A DNA stretch of 64,000 bases from Adineta vaga. Lineage: Eukaryota; Animalia; Rotifera. Position 1 is the first letter of the stretch; each line of letters begins with the position of its first letter. The notes under the pieces are model-generated. The model had not been told where the DNA came from. It made no database searches and was given only the letters and a program-made list of their open reading frames with translations. Shown in pieces: positions 37,874-50,967 of the stretch. The stretch spans positions 5,518,001 through 5,582,000 of the forward strand of contig CP075494.1 of assembly GCA_021613535.1 (NCBI GenBank), written 5' to 3'. A program made the position numbers and the translations under genes.

Positions 37874-40790
37874 TCAATGTCGATCATCATAACCAGTAAA
37901 TTTAAATTTGTAATTCATATTTGGACGATAATTGCCATAACCATGCTGATTTGCTTTATTTGATGTTCGATAGCAATGTAAAACATCTTGCCCAATGTTA
38001 TCTTTTTCTATTGCATTAAATTCTTTTCTACCGATAATATTTGATAATGTATTGATATCCACATCAGCTAATGGTTGCCAACAAAATTTCGACATTTCAT
38101 TCGTATATAGTCGAGAATATCCAACTTTATTTGTTAATAAAGCAACTAATTTTTCTTTATTCATTACTGTTTTTTCATTGGATGGTGGTACAATCATTAA
38201 ATTTTTAATTAAATCAGTAAAAACAGGTCCACAACGTTTTGGACAATATTTTCTTAATAAACCACCGAAACCTTCTAATGTTTTCGCAGTTAACATTTTA
38301 TAAGTAACAATACGAATTGTTTCGGGTGTAAAATTGAATATCACACTATTATCACGATTGCCTATAGAAAGATATTTGAATAGATTATAATTATAAAAAT
38401 ATGAAAAAACTTTTACCTTGAAGATTATCATCAATGAAATTCATAATATTTGATTTCGTAACATTAGACGGAATAATACGATCAAAAAATAGAATCATTA
38501 ACAATTCTCTACGTAATTCTTCATAATCAAGATTATTTTCGATATAATTCTCATCTATTTGAGCATATTTCAACATATTTTTAATCACCAATGGAACACA
38601 TAGATGAAGTGAATTATCAATTGATTGTAAAAAGTTTTGAATATAATCATTCTCAGCATCAGGATTGATCAATTTTCGATCTTCACCAGTCTTTGTTTCC
38701 GAAATTAATTCAAGTGGTGTACACATTTCATCATGAAAGTATTTGATGAAACTTTCTTCCACATAATCTGGATCTTGTTCATGAACATTTATAACAATTG
38801 AATTAGTATTACTTGCTACAGTTCTTTCTCGACGACTTTCATCACCATATAACAATCGATCAATAATAACATTCTTATCAGTAGGTGATTTCTTTCGTAA
38901 ACATTGTCGAACATATTCATAATAGACAGGTATGAGTACATTCTTTAAATCATTCTTTAAATAACCAATCATTAATGGAATACTTAAATCATATGTATTG
39001 TTTTGTCGACCATGAATATTTTGAAGAAAATTTTCATACGTCTTCTCACCATATGCTGATTTAAAACCAATTGATTCTGTTATAATAAAATGACATACTT
39101 TTTCTAATTCTTTGATGATCTGTTGATTTCGAGAGGTACTTGTACGTAACATAATGATATCATAAAGTAATTTTAAAAGACCAATTTCTTGTTCTTTATC
39201 ATAACCATACGAATCTAAAGTATACATGTAACCTAACCAAATACCTTCTAAGATTCGTATGCGTTTCATATGTTCATAATTGATATAAAGTGGAATGACT
39301 GCATTGATTTTTTCATGTGCTTGTCCGACAACACAACAAGTATCATTAATTCCATTGAATTGTCCGTAATTATTTGCATCTGTTTGCTGTTGTTGGGCAG
39401 AATTTTTTGCAAAAGTCATTGCGGCAATAAATGAATCATAAGAAATGATGGTATTGGAGACGTTGACGAGTTTCAATCCTTTTGTTGGTGATGTAATTGC
39501 TTCTTCATTTCGTTCGATTAGAATTCCTAGACACATGATATTATCGGGCGATTTTCGCATCATTTCATAGATATCATCATGAGAATAAGTACAAATCCAA
39601 TCCGATTTTTGTTCTTTAATATCATTCCAACCTTGTTGGTCAATACTTTTTCGATAACCTTCTAATATTCCACTAATATCTGTTTTACGAAAATAATCAA
39701 CATTCTTATTAATACGTAAATCTAATTTCTTTCGTCGTTGTGCATTTGCAAATGTTGCATCATGTCTCAATGCACTTAATTTTAATTTAACTTGTTCAGG
39801 AACTTGACCCATTTTGATTTGTGTAAATAACTTCGTATATTCCATCATTCGTTCGTCAATTTCTTTCTTTATTTGTTCTAATTCTAATTTTTCCATTAAA
39901 CTTTGACTTCCAGTTGGAATAATTGTATTTAAATACATACGAATCTGATGTACCGATTCAGCGTCATCAGGTGATAATAAATTTAAAGCTCGAATGACTT
40001 GAATTGGACGAAGATTTTCTACTAATTCTAATGGAAGTTTTGATTCACCATCCGAAGATTTCAATATTATTTCATTTGTTGTTGTTTGATCGATATTGAT
40101 ATTTCCAATGAGAAAACCAACAGTTTCTTCATTACTATTCGCCGTATATGATTGGCCATTTAATACAATAGTAAATTCTCTTGCTGACATGGCATATTCA
40201 AACATGTCATTAAAATTATTTTGTAATTCAGCTGAGACAGTAGAATATCGAAATAAACCTTCTTTTGTACCGAATTGTCGAACTTGATTTAAAAAGTCAT
40301 TATTAACATCACCAAAACCAATTACATGAAAAACAATTGTCATAATTTTCGGTAATCCACTCATTGTTAATTTTAACATTTGAATTGATCGTTTTAATGC
40401 TTCTTTCGAATCAGTATCTTGACCATCAGTCATAAATATAAACGTTGTCGATTTTTGATTCGCAACTAAATGATTTTGTATAGCAGTAAAAATTGAACTA
40501 AAACTAGTGCCACCATTTGCATTTAAATCTTGATTTTCTACGGATTTTATCGTTTGTGTTGTATTAGCTGTGGTATTATATGTAAATAATGGATATTCAA
40601 TTTGTATACGTTTATAAATATCACGTAAAACTTCACATACATTACGAATCGGAGCACCACTCATCGAACCGGAAACATCAACACAACATATAATATTATT
40701 TGAAGATGCTGTTTCGAGTTTTGGAACTTTGACTTCGACATAATGATACGATTCACCGATCGTAAATGGAGTTTTGAAATATGTTGCCAT
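37874..40790 (-). CDS. vWA (MIDAS) domain protein with large unknown C-terminal region, 2 exons
   Basis: VDVSGSM, GGTSF, FMTDGQD, HVIGFG; intron ~38362-38417 joins the two ORFs. Confidence 0.8.
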
Positions 40791-41452
40791 GATAGCGAAA
40801 AAAATTCTAATCTAGTAAAAGCAAGGTAAATTTTTATATAAAACACTATTGTCAATCGAACTCTTCTTCAAAACGACAAAAGCATCAATTTTTTTCTTCT
40901 CATATTATTTGTAAAGAAAAATATTGTGAACTTTTTTTTTATAAGGCATGAATTACACAATCTCGAGCAAATATATCACGTGGCATTTCATGTTTTTGAC
41001 GCTTGTGCAATTACCAACGCTGTTCTTATTCCTCCTTTTCATCATATAATATTCAACAGCAGTAATATGTTGATGACATATTATTTACAAAAGAACACGT
41101 CTCATTTTATCACTGGTGAGCCATAAAATCCAAAAATAACTTATAGAATCTTTTGAAATATATTATTCCGTGAAAGTCTAAACTTAATGTATGTGTCATT
41201 CGTTTATCTATGATAAAATAGTGATTGTTCTTCTTTGGATCGACAGAGGAGAATAAGCACACGTTGGGAAAGAAAAACATAAGTTGGTATTTTCTGTCCT
41301 TTTATCGGATGAATCATCATAAAAACGCCTAAGTAAAGAAAAGAAACAGCCGTCGATGACATAAATAATAGAAACGCATAGTTCTTCTTGTTTAGAGTGA
41401 CATTTTATTTGAGGTAAGAAATTACTTACATATACAATCAAAAGACGAAATA

Positions 41453-42232
41453 ATGGCATCAACTGTTACTCCGGTTTTACCTCCTGCTCCTGAAGAAGTA
41501 CAACATGTTGAACCAAATCATTTTATTATTTGGTTAGACAAACATATTGGTCAACCAAATGAATGTGTTATGTTAAAACATTCATTTATTCTTGCCATGA
41601 ATCCAACAAATGGTTTATATGAACAGACTTTGGAAATCGATGATACTGATCGTAGTCTTGCAACGAACACTGCCATTCTAGTACGAATCGATAACGTGGA
41701 ATTTATGTTTCAAATATTCGATAACGTAGAAAAATGTTTTGAAGTAATAGAAAAAAATCTTCATAAACGTATTTTTCTTATTACATCTGGTTCCAAAGGA
41801 AAAATCCTTATTCCAAGTTTAAAAATTAATTTTCCTGAAATGTTTGGAGAAGATAATTCGATGTATGTATTCTGTTCTAATATGAATATGGTACAAGTCA
41901 ATGATGTTAGACCAACAAATGCATGGGCAATGCATTTCTTAGATGATATTTTAATGTATAATCATCAAAATGAACTATTACCTCGCATGGTATATGATGC
42001 AGCATCTTACTTTTCCGGAAAAGCCAATGATCTAGCGAAGGATGGAAAATTTGAGAGTGCACTTCAATATTTATTGTGGGCAAAACAAATGTATCGACGA
42101 TACACATTAATCACAAAGATTAATACGACCCCAGAATTAGAGAGTGTTGATCAACGTGATCAAAATATTAAACACCTTCGATCCCAACAAACGGATAACG
42201 ACAAGGAGAGTTACGGTGAACCTTGTCAATAA
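41453..42232 (+). CDS. Stand-alone receiver-like alpha/beta domain plus short TPR-like helices
   Basis: IIWLDKHIG...FDNVEKCFEVIE...IFLITSGSKGKILIP...MYVFC resembles the N-terminus of 50968-53010. Confidence 0.7.
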   Translation: MASTVTPVLPPAPEEVQHVEPNHFIIWLDKHIGQPNECVMLKHSFILAMNPTNGLYEQTLEIDDTDRSLATNTAILVRIDNVEFMFQIFDNVEKCFEVIEKNLHKRIFLITSGSKGKILIPSLKINFPEMFGEDNSMYVFCSNMNMVQVNDVRPTNAWAMHFLDDILMYNHQNELLPRMVYDAASYFSGKANDLAKDGKFESALQYLLWAKQMYRRYTLITKINTTPELESVDQRDQNIKHLRSQQTDNDKESYGEPCQ

Positions 42233-42649
42233 ATAATTTTTTTGTAATTATCTTTTTCTGTGGCGTGTAGCATCTAATTAACAAGAAATTGTTAATAGTA
42301 ATAAAAACAAAAGTTCTCCTCTATTTCTTGATGATGACATCAGATCTAATTCGCATACAAAGTCAAGATGATAATCTCAGAGCAATAGTGTCAGATTAGA
42401 AATTTGAAGTTTTTGAGTTCTTTCATCGACATTTTTCTTATCTGCTTCTTTTTGAAAGACTTCATTGACTATCTTCATATTCTCCTCGTGCATGATCTCT
42501 TAATTCTAAAAGTTAAAGAATAACAGAAACGAAAGAAAAAAAGTACACCTGTTTTTTTATATACGTCATGTTTATTGCATGTTGGTTTTTTCCATGCTGA
42601 TGTTTATTTCAACAATTTGTATCACATATTTTTGAATTCGATTACAAAG

Positions 42650-43606
42650 ATGGAAACAGATTCAATGAAGGATTATAATGAGCAATTATTAGCAGCAGCA
42701 TTATCGTCAATTTTAGGCAAAGAAATTATTCCAGAATCAAGTGTATCACAACAAACACAACAGCATATTGCTAAAGTTTCATTATTTGATCAACATTTAA
42801 CATCGTTTGTTTATGGAAAAGTTGGAAAAGATAATAAAAATATTGATGAATTATTTATGACATTATGTGTGACTATTTTAGCAACTAAAGAAACATTTCC
42901 TTGTTTAATTGAACGTGATGCAAGTGTTGATAAATTAAAACAAATGATCTATGATAAATCAGGTATAAAATGTCATAAACAAAATTTAATTCATTGTGGA
43001 GAAGAAATTGATGAAGGTCATCTTCTAAGTGAATATAATATTGAAGATGCAAGTGAAATATCAGTTGTACGTTTAAGAGCAATGAATGCAAATGATATTT
43101 TGGTCATGGATCCAAATACTTGGGATCGACCTTACGATTATGACTTTACTAATATTGATGATACAGGCAAACGTTTTACTCGTGGAAGTATTGTATATCG
43201 TCGGCCATGCGGATGGAAACGTTTTGCAATAAAGGTCGCTGGTAAATTTGAGAATGAAGCTTGGCTTGGTTCAAATAATAGTCCAAATGAATGGCCAGTG
43301 TCGTATCATGGAACAAGACATGATGCAGTAGTTTCTATTGCTCGTACTGGTTATGATTTGACCAAACATACACGTTTTCTTTTCGGTCGTGGTGTTTATT
43401 CAACACCAGATATCGACGTTGCGAAAGCATTTGCTAAAACTTTCATTTTGAATGGAGAAGAATACTATACTGTTATACAGAATCGAATCAATCCAAGAAC
43501 TCTAATAAAAGTTAATGATTCCGATGGGACAGCTGAACCTTACTGGATATCACCTGATGCTGCCGATGTTAGACCTTACGGTTTCTGCATAAAGAAAAAA
43601 TACTAA
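42650..43606 (+). CDS. Ubiquitin-like domain plus NEURL4-type ADP-ribosyltransferase domain
   Basis: SVDKLKQMIYDKSGI..QNLIHCGEEIDEGHLLSEYNI (Ubl); YRRPCGWKRFAIKV, EWPVSYHGT, GRGVYSTP, QNRINP, VRPYGFCI. Confidence 0.82.
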   Translation: METDSMKDYNEQLLAAALSSILGKEIIPESSVSQQTQQHIAKVSLFDQHLTSFVYGKVGKDNKNIDELFMTLCVTILATKETFPCLIERDASVDKLKQMIYDKSGIKCHKQNLIHCGEEIDEGHLLSEYNIEDASEISVVRLRAMNANDILVMDPNTWDRPYDYDFTNIDDTGKRFTRGSIVYRRPCGWKRFAIKVAGKFENEAWLGSNNSPNEWPVSYHGTRHDAVVSIARTGYDLTKHTRFLFGRGVYSTPDIDVAKAFAKTFILNGEEYYTVIQNRINPRTLIKVNDSDGTAEPYWISPDAADVRPYGFCIKKKY

Positions 43607-44088
43607 TATGTTCTGAACTATAATTGTATTGTTTTCATTAACTTTTTTATAATAAAATTGTTGTATAGAATACTCTTTATGTTTATAATTATTTTTAAAG
43701 AATATCTCAAATGAATTGTCTTTCGATATATTTTCATTTTTAATGGTTCGATAATTTAATTCGTAATTCTATTATTCCCTGATATGACACTGGTAGATCA
43801 TATTTCTATTTTTTGTTCGATAAGTGCGTAATTGATATGTTTTAATATATATTTATGTGTATCAGATATCAATCGATGCTCGATGAGTTGTCATGGATCT
43901 GTTTTGATTTTATGCAAAATAACGAAAACAACATTATACGTGTATTACGAGTATGGATACCTACATTTTTTTTAAATTGATATAATGAGATGTTTGAATC
44001 AATATTGATTGTATGAAGCAGCGAGTATATAACATATGGAATTATATGTTCTTCGAACAGTATTGATAGTTTGAGAAAATTAGGAAAA

Positions 44089-47000
44089 ATGTGGCGATTA
44101 AGAACAATTTTATTCATTTATATAATGAATATTACATTATGTTTGGCCATTCGATATGATTGTGATAAGAGGAATGTATCATGTGGATGTGCTTTTAAAA
44201 ATGTTGAAATTGATGAAACTAATAATATTGAAGAAACGATACCTTATAGTTGGTCGATGATGGTCTCAATTCGATATGATTGTCATCAAAATGGAAATTT
44301 ATCTACACATTGTTGTGCTGGTACTATTCTAAATGAACGATATATTCTAACTGCTGCACGGTGTTTTGATCCTACAGATAATTCTTCATTACTAGCTGGA
44401 AATATAACAATTGCTGCTAACATTCATAGTTTATCACAAAATTGTCCACTAATTCGAGTAATTGATCAGATTTTTATTCATCCAAATTGGACAGTAACAG
44501 ACGAAGCTTTACATAATATTGCCATACTTCGTTTAGCTGAACCACTCGATTTTCAAACTGATTTTATTCTTAGTTCAGCATGCCTTCCGTCTCGAATGGA
44601 TACGTCAATTGAAATGATATCTAATAGCAGTTTAGCGGTAGTAGGATGGAGTGTATTTGGTAATGTAAGAGAAAGAAAAGATGACGTTTTACAACAATTA
44701 ATAGTCTATCCTATTGATTACAATGATTCTATATGTTCAAGATCAGCCAATGATCAGAATTTATTATTTTGTGCTGGAAGATATGGAGGTTTGTGAGCTT
44801 TTCTTTTCTAGTTCATTGTATTTACTACTTTGTTTTTCTTTATATAAGCTGCATGTTTTCGTAAGTAATCTGTGCTCTTTTTATGACTATTTTCGTTCTT
44901 TTTCCCTTTATTTATTAGCTGAAGTGGGTGGGCCTGCATTTCAATGGATTGGACATCGTTGGGAATTGGTTGGAATTGAATCTTATGCTATGGATGGATG
45001 TCCACGAGTTGGTTATAAAGGTCTTTTTCTACGTGTTGCAGCTTATTCTGATTGGATTGAATCAATTCTGAATTCTGATACGATAATGCCAACAACAGAA
45101 TCCATTACAACTGAGAAACTAATATATAATTATGAATGTAATAGAAATATACCATGTGGTTGTGGTTATAGTAATGTTGTTTTTCGACCTACTCGTATTA
45201 TCGGTGGAGAAGATGTAATTGAACATAGTTGGTCTATGATTGTTTCTCTTCGTTTGTATGGAAGAAAAGAACATTTCTGTGCAGGAACATTACTTTCTAA
45301 TTCGTATATTCTGACAGCTGCACATTGTGTAGATCGTTTTTCACTGACACATCCGGTAAATATTAGTATTATTGCTGGGGTTACGAATCGATCAGATTCA
45401 GAAGCTTATCAAAGAGATATTGATCGCATTTATATTCATGAGAATTATACAGATCGACCACATTTTCTTAATGATATTGCTTTATTACATATGAATCGTC
45501 CATTATATTTTCAACATAATCCAATTTTAGCAAAAACATGTATAAAACGTATTAATTCATCAATAATTGATATTAATCAACATCCAAAAACGGGGGCACG
45601 TCTTGTTGTTATTGGATGGGGTGCAATGCAACCAGGAAGTTTTCTTCAATCGGAATATTTGCAACAAATACGTATTTCTACGATTGATAACCAAGATCCA
45701 ATTTGTCAAAAAACTATCAATGATAATGAACTTCAATTTTGTGCTGGTTTATATAATGATGAAAAGGGTAAGTCTATCATTTCAACAATCATAAATAAAA
45801 TTCTCTTTGAAATGGTTTTCTTTCTCTTTTTGTAGATGCTTGTTTAGGTATGGTTTCATTATTCTTCAGTTGATTTATACTATTATATAGTTAATGTTTT
45901 TCTTCAGGTGATTCCGGTGGACCAATTTTATATTGGACCGGTCAATATTGGGAACAGGTAGGTATCATCGGTCATAACTTTCAGTGTGGACGACCTGGAC
46001 ATCCTGGTGTTTATACACGTCTTGCAAAATATTGGGAATGGATGGAAAATATTCTGAATAATACTAACGAATATTTAGAACCACCAATACCTGTTTCAAC
46101 AACGACAACATCCACTACTTTTCGTCCAACGATGATAACACCTAATCGAACACGACGAACCACGACTTCCTCGGATACCCTTTCAACGTCGTCAGTTACG
46201 CTCACTGACATATCAAGAGGAACAAACTTATTGACAATTCCTTCGTCATTACTTACCATTACTTATGATCATCCAACAGTAAGAACTGCATTTACTAGTA
46301 TATCATGGGCAACAAACAGACCGCCATATACATCAAGAAAAGTGGAGACACTTACTTCATTGTCAACATCTAGCAAACCTACCACTTCTTCTGCGCCAGT
46401 TACAACGAATTGGTTCACGAATATCTTGTCGACAACAACCAGATCCTTAATTACATCAAAAACAATAAATACACTTAATACGTGGCCATTATCAACTATA
46501 ACAGCATCCAAAACACTCTTACCATCGATTACTATGACTTCTAATACTCCAATAACAAGAAGTAAATTCACCAGAATGCCATCATCAACACAGAAAACCT
46601 TAAATACGATTGTTACGTTCTCATCCCCAATGAATGTGACTTTCGGAACTTCAGTAACAAAAGATTGGTTTACTAGGACGTCATCAATGAGTATCGAGAC
46701 TTCTCATGTACCATTATTAACAACAGTCATAACTACGGAGAGATCACAAGCGATGAGTTCATCGACAACCACCACAGTCGTCACTACCAATCCGCTATCA
46801 CCTCATGAAATAATTATAGCACCATTAACGACTGTTTTACCACGAAAGAAAATAACTTATGAATGTAATCGAATTCCAAATGAATGTGGATGTTCATTGG
46901 CCAATGTTGTTCTATCTGACAATAATCAGCGAATGTCATCAATCCATGATACTACTGAAGATTCTTTTCCTTATAGTTGGTCAATGTTAGTTTCCATACG

Positions 47001-47935
47001 TGAGAATAATACAAAACATATTTGTATTGGTACTATTTTATCTGATTCATTTATTTTAACTACTGCTCAATGTGTGATCAACTATCGTCAGAATCCAAAC
47101 AATATTAATATTGCAGCTGGTATTCATAGTCTTTCACAACATATTACAACACAACGAACAGTGATTGCAATTTATATTCATGAGAATTATACGGCTAACA
47201 TAGAACATTTACATAATATAGCAATTCTTCGTCTTGATCAACCACTGGAAGTGATTTCGCAACCTCTCTTCTCGAAAACATGTTTATCTGATGCCCAATC
47301 CTTTATGTCAACAGAACAGACGACAATAATCACCGTCGGATGGCCATATGTAACTATGAAGAAAGCCACATCCGATTCTCTTCAGCAATTGTCAACCAAA
47401 TCAATCACTAATCCAAATACAACATGTTTTCATTCAAATTACAATGATATCTATCAATTCTGTGCTGGTTTGTCAATCGATAGTACCAGTAAGTAAAACT
47501 ATATTCGCTGTTTAAAAAACAAATATTCATATCTATTGATCTAATTCTAGATACATGTAAAGGTAAATCAATTGATTTAAATAAACAAACAAAATCATCT
47601 CGTATAAATTTAGACAATTCTGGAGAACCGATTTTTATTTACAGAAACAAGTATTGGGAACAAGTAAGATGCAGATAGAAAAAGTCTTATTTATATATCC
47701 CATGACTCTATAGATCGGAATGCTTTCCAAAACTCATCGTTGTTCTTCAATTGGTCATTCAGGTATATATACTAGACTCTCAGCATACACTAATTGGATA
47801 CAACATGTGCTTAAAACTACACCAATACCTCAACGTCGACCGACACAAGTTAATAACAGTTTAAAACTACGACAGCAATATATTCTTATTCTAAATATTT
47901 TCGTTTTTATTATTACATACTTTTCTTCGAATTAA
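44089..47935 (+). CDS. Secreted, probably membrane-anchored triple trypsin-domain protease with mucin-like Thr/Ser linker
   Basis: Domain 1 TAARC/HNIAIL/PEVGGP; domain 2 RIIGG/TAAHC/NDIAL/DACLGDSGGP; Thr-rich ~46080-46850; domain 3 TTAQC/HNIAIL/DNSGEP; hydrophobic C-terminus. Confidence 0.88.
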
Positions 47936-48032
47936 TCTAGCTGATTGTTTCAAATGTTGATATAACAGAAAAATAAAAATATACTAATAAAAAATAAAAA
48001 ATATGAATGTTCGATTATTGTTTCGTTATTTG

Positions 48033-48845
48033 TTAATCGTTATAAATTAATTCTGCCAAGACTGGTAAATGATCCGATGGATAACATTGATTTTCTGATT
48101 CAATTAAATGAGTATGATTTAATACTTTGAAATGTGCTGGTGTAATAAAAATATAATCAATACGATCACCTATGCCACTTGTTACATGAAATGTACACCA
48201 AGTACCTTGTGGACCACAATGCGATAATTCTGTCAATAGTTTGGCATCTTGAAGTATGTTATTTGATAGAATTGTACGATATGCATCTGATTCAGGTCCT
48301 GCATTGAAATCACCAGTTAATATCGCAGGTATTGTAGATCCAGTAATTTGTTGAATACGCGTCAAAATAAAACGAGCACTTTCTCGACGTGCAACACTTC
48401 CTCGATGATCAAAATGTGTATTAAAATAGCAAATTTCTTTGTTTGTTAAACGATCTCTAAGTTTTATCCAACTACATATACGTGGAAGAGCAGCGTCCCA
48501 TCCTTTACTACCAGGTGTATCAGGTGTTTCTGATAGCCAAAATGTACCTTTATCCATAAGTTCAAAACGATCGTGACGATAAAATACAGCAGAAAATTCA
48601 CCACTATCTCGACCATCATTTCGACCAACACCATATGAACCATAATCAGTTAAACCAGTTTGTAGATCAGTCATTTGTTGAGACAGAGCTTCTTGAACTC
48701 CAAGTAGAGCAGGTGCATAATGACGAATAAGATTAATTACGCGATCTTTACGAAGATGCCATTGATTTTTACCATCATCAGCTGTATCCATACGAATATT
48801 GTAGGTCATTACACTAAATGACAAGTTTCCTTGTTCAGATGACAT
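48033..48845 (-). CDS. Bacterial-type EEP-family hydrolase
   Basis: MTYNIR, LGVQEAL, GVGRNDG..GEFSAVFY, GTFWLSETP..PGSKGWDAALPRICSW, NTHFDH, TGDFN, RIDYIF, YPSDHLPV; intronless CDS. Confidence 0.88.
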   Translation of the reverse strand: MSSEQGNLSFSVMTYNIRMDTADDGKNQWHLRKDRVINLIRHYAPALLGVQEALSQQMTDLQTGLTDYGSYGVGRNDGRDSGEFSAVFYRHDRFELMDKGTFWLSETPDTPGSKGWDAALPRICSWIKLRDRLTNKEICYFNTHFDHRGSVARRESARFILTRIQQITGSTIPAILTGDFNAGPESDAYRTILSNNILQDAKLLTELSHCGPQGTWCTFHVTSGIGDRIDYIFITPAHFKVLNHTHLIESENQCYPSDHLPVLAELIYND

Positions 48846-49278
48846 AACGTCTGAAAAAGTAAAGATTACATTTCACTTATCAAAGAAATATAAGATATGA
48901 AAATCGAATAATCATACTATTATCGCGTTCTTATAATCTCTCACTCTCTCTCTTTCCATCAAAAACTTTATGAATGTTGTGTTGTGCAAGTCAAAACGTA
49001 AAAATCTTATTAGTCGACAATTGAATCACTAAACACACGTATATACCGGTTATTTCAAAACTATCATCCCACTATAAGAATCTACCGGCATCTATATTTC
49101 GAAACTAATCCTACGAATCGTAAAAATCAGTGAATGAGCAAGGTATTATCTCTCAGAGTCCAATTCAAAAACTTGCATTCGATAATTATGATATGACAAA
49201 TATTTAGAATTTATTTTGCAAAAATTTCAAAAAATATCAAATAGCATTATCAAATGTCTATTTTTCATTTCGATGGAT

Positions 49279-50498
<1,220 letters not shown>

Positions 50499-50967
50499 TG
50501 TTGACTGTATATTACTTGTCTGCTGTCGAAACGCAACTAAGGTTAGAAGATGAAGGTAGATAAGTCTATATACATCATATTATTTCAATGCAAAGATAAA
50601 ATTTCTTTTTTTTTGCTAGATCATTCAAGAAAAGAAGATCTGTGTCGTTTACTAACAACAACGCAGCAAAAAAACGGCATACACAACATATTCGTTATCT
50701 TTGTTATCAAATAATTTCGCAGGTGACCAAGTTTTTGAAAAAGAATCGTTGCTTTCAGTGGATCATGAATGCATAAGAGTCAAAAATACTCTTATGTTGA
50801 AACTGTGAATGAAATTAATCACATCATTTGAACTTCGATTGTAAAGCTTCGTTGTTTTTTGTGAGATGAATCGAGTCTATTAGCTGGATTTTAATTACAA
50901 AACATAGTTTATTGCATTCAGATAAAAAAACGAAACAAGCAAAAACTAGAAAGATACAAACTTGCTT

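Noticed and set aside
46080-46850. Repetitive-looking, higher-GC segment with antisense ORFs
   Set aside because: Explained by the Thr/Ser-rich mucin-like linker codons of the protease.
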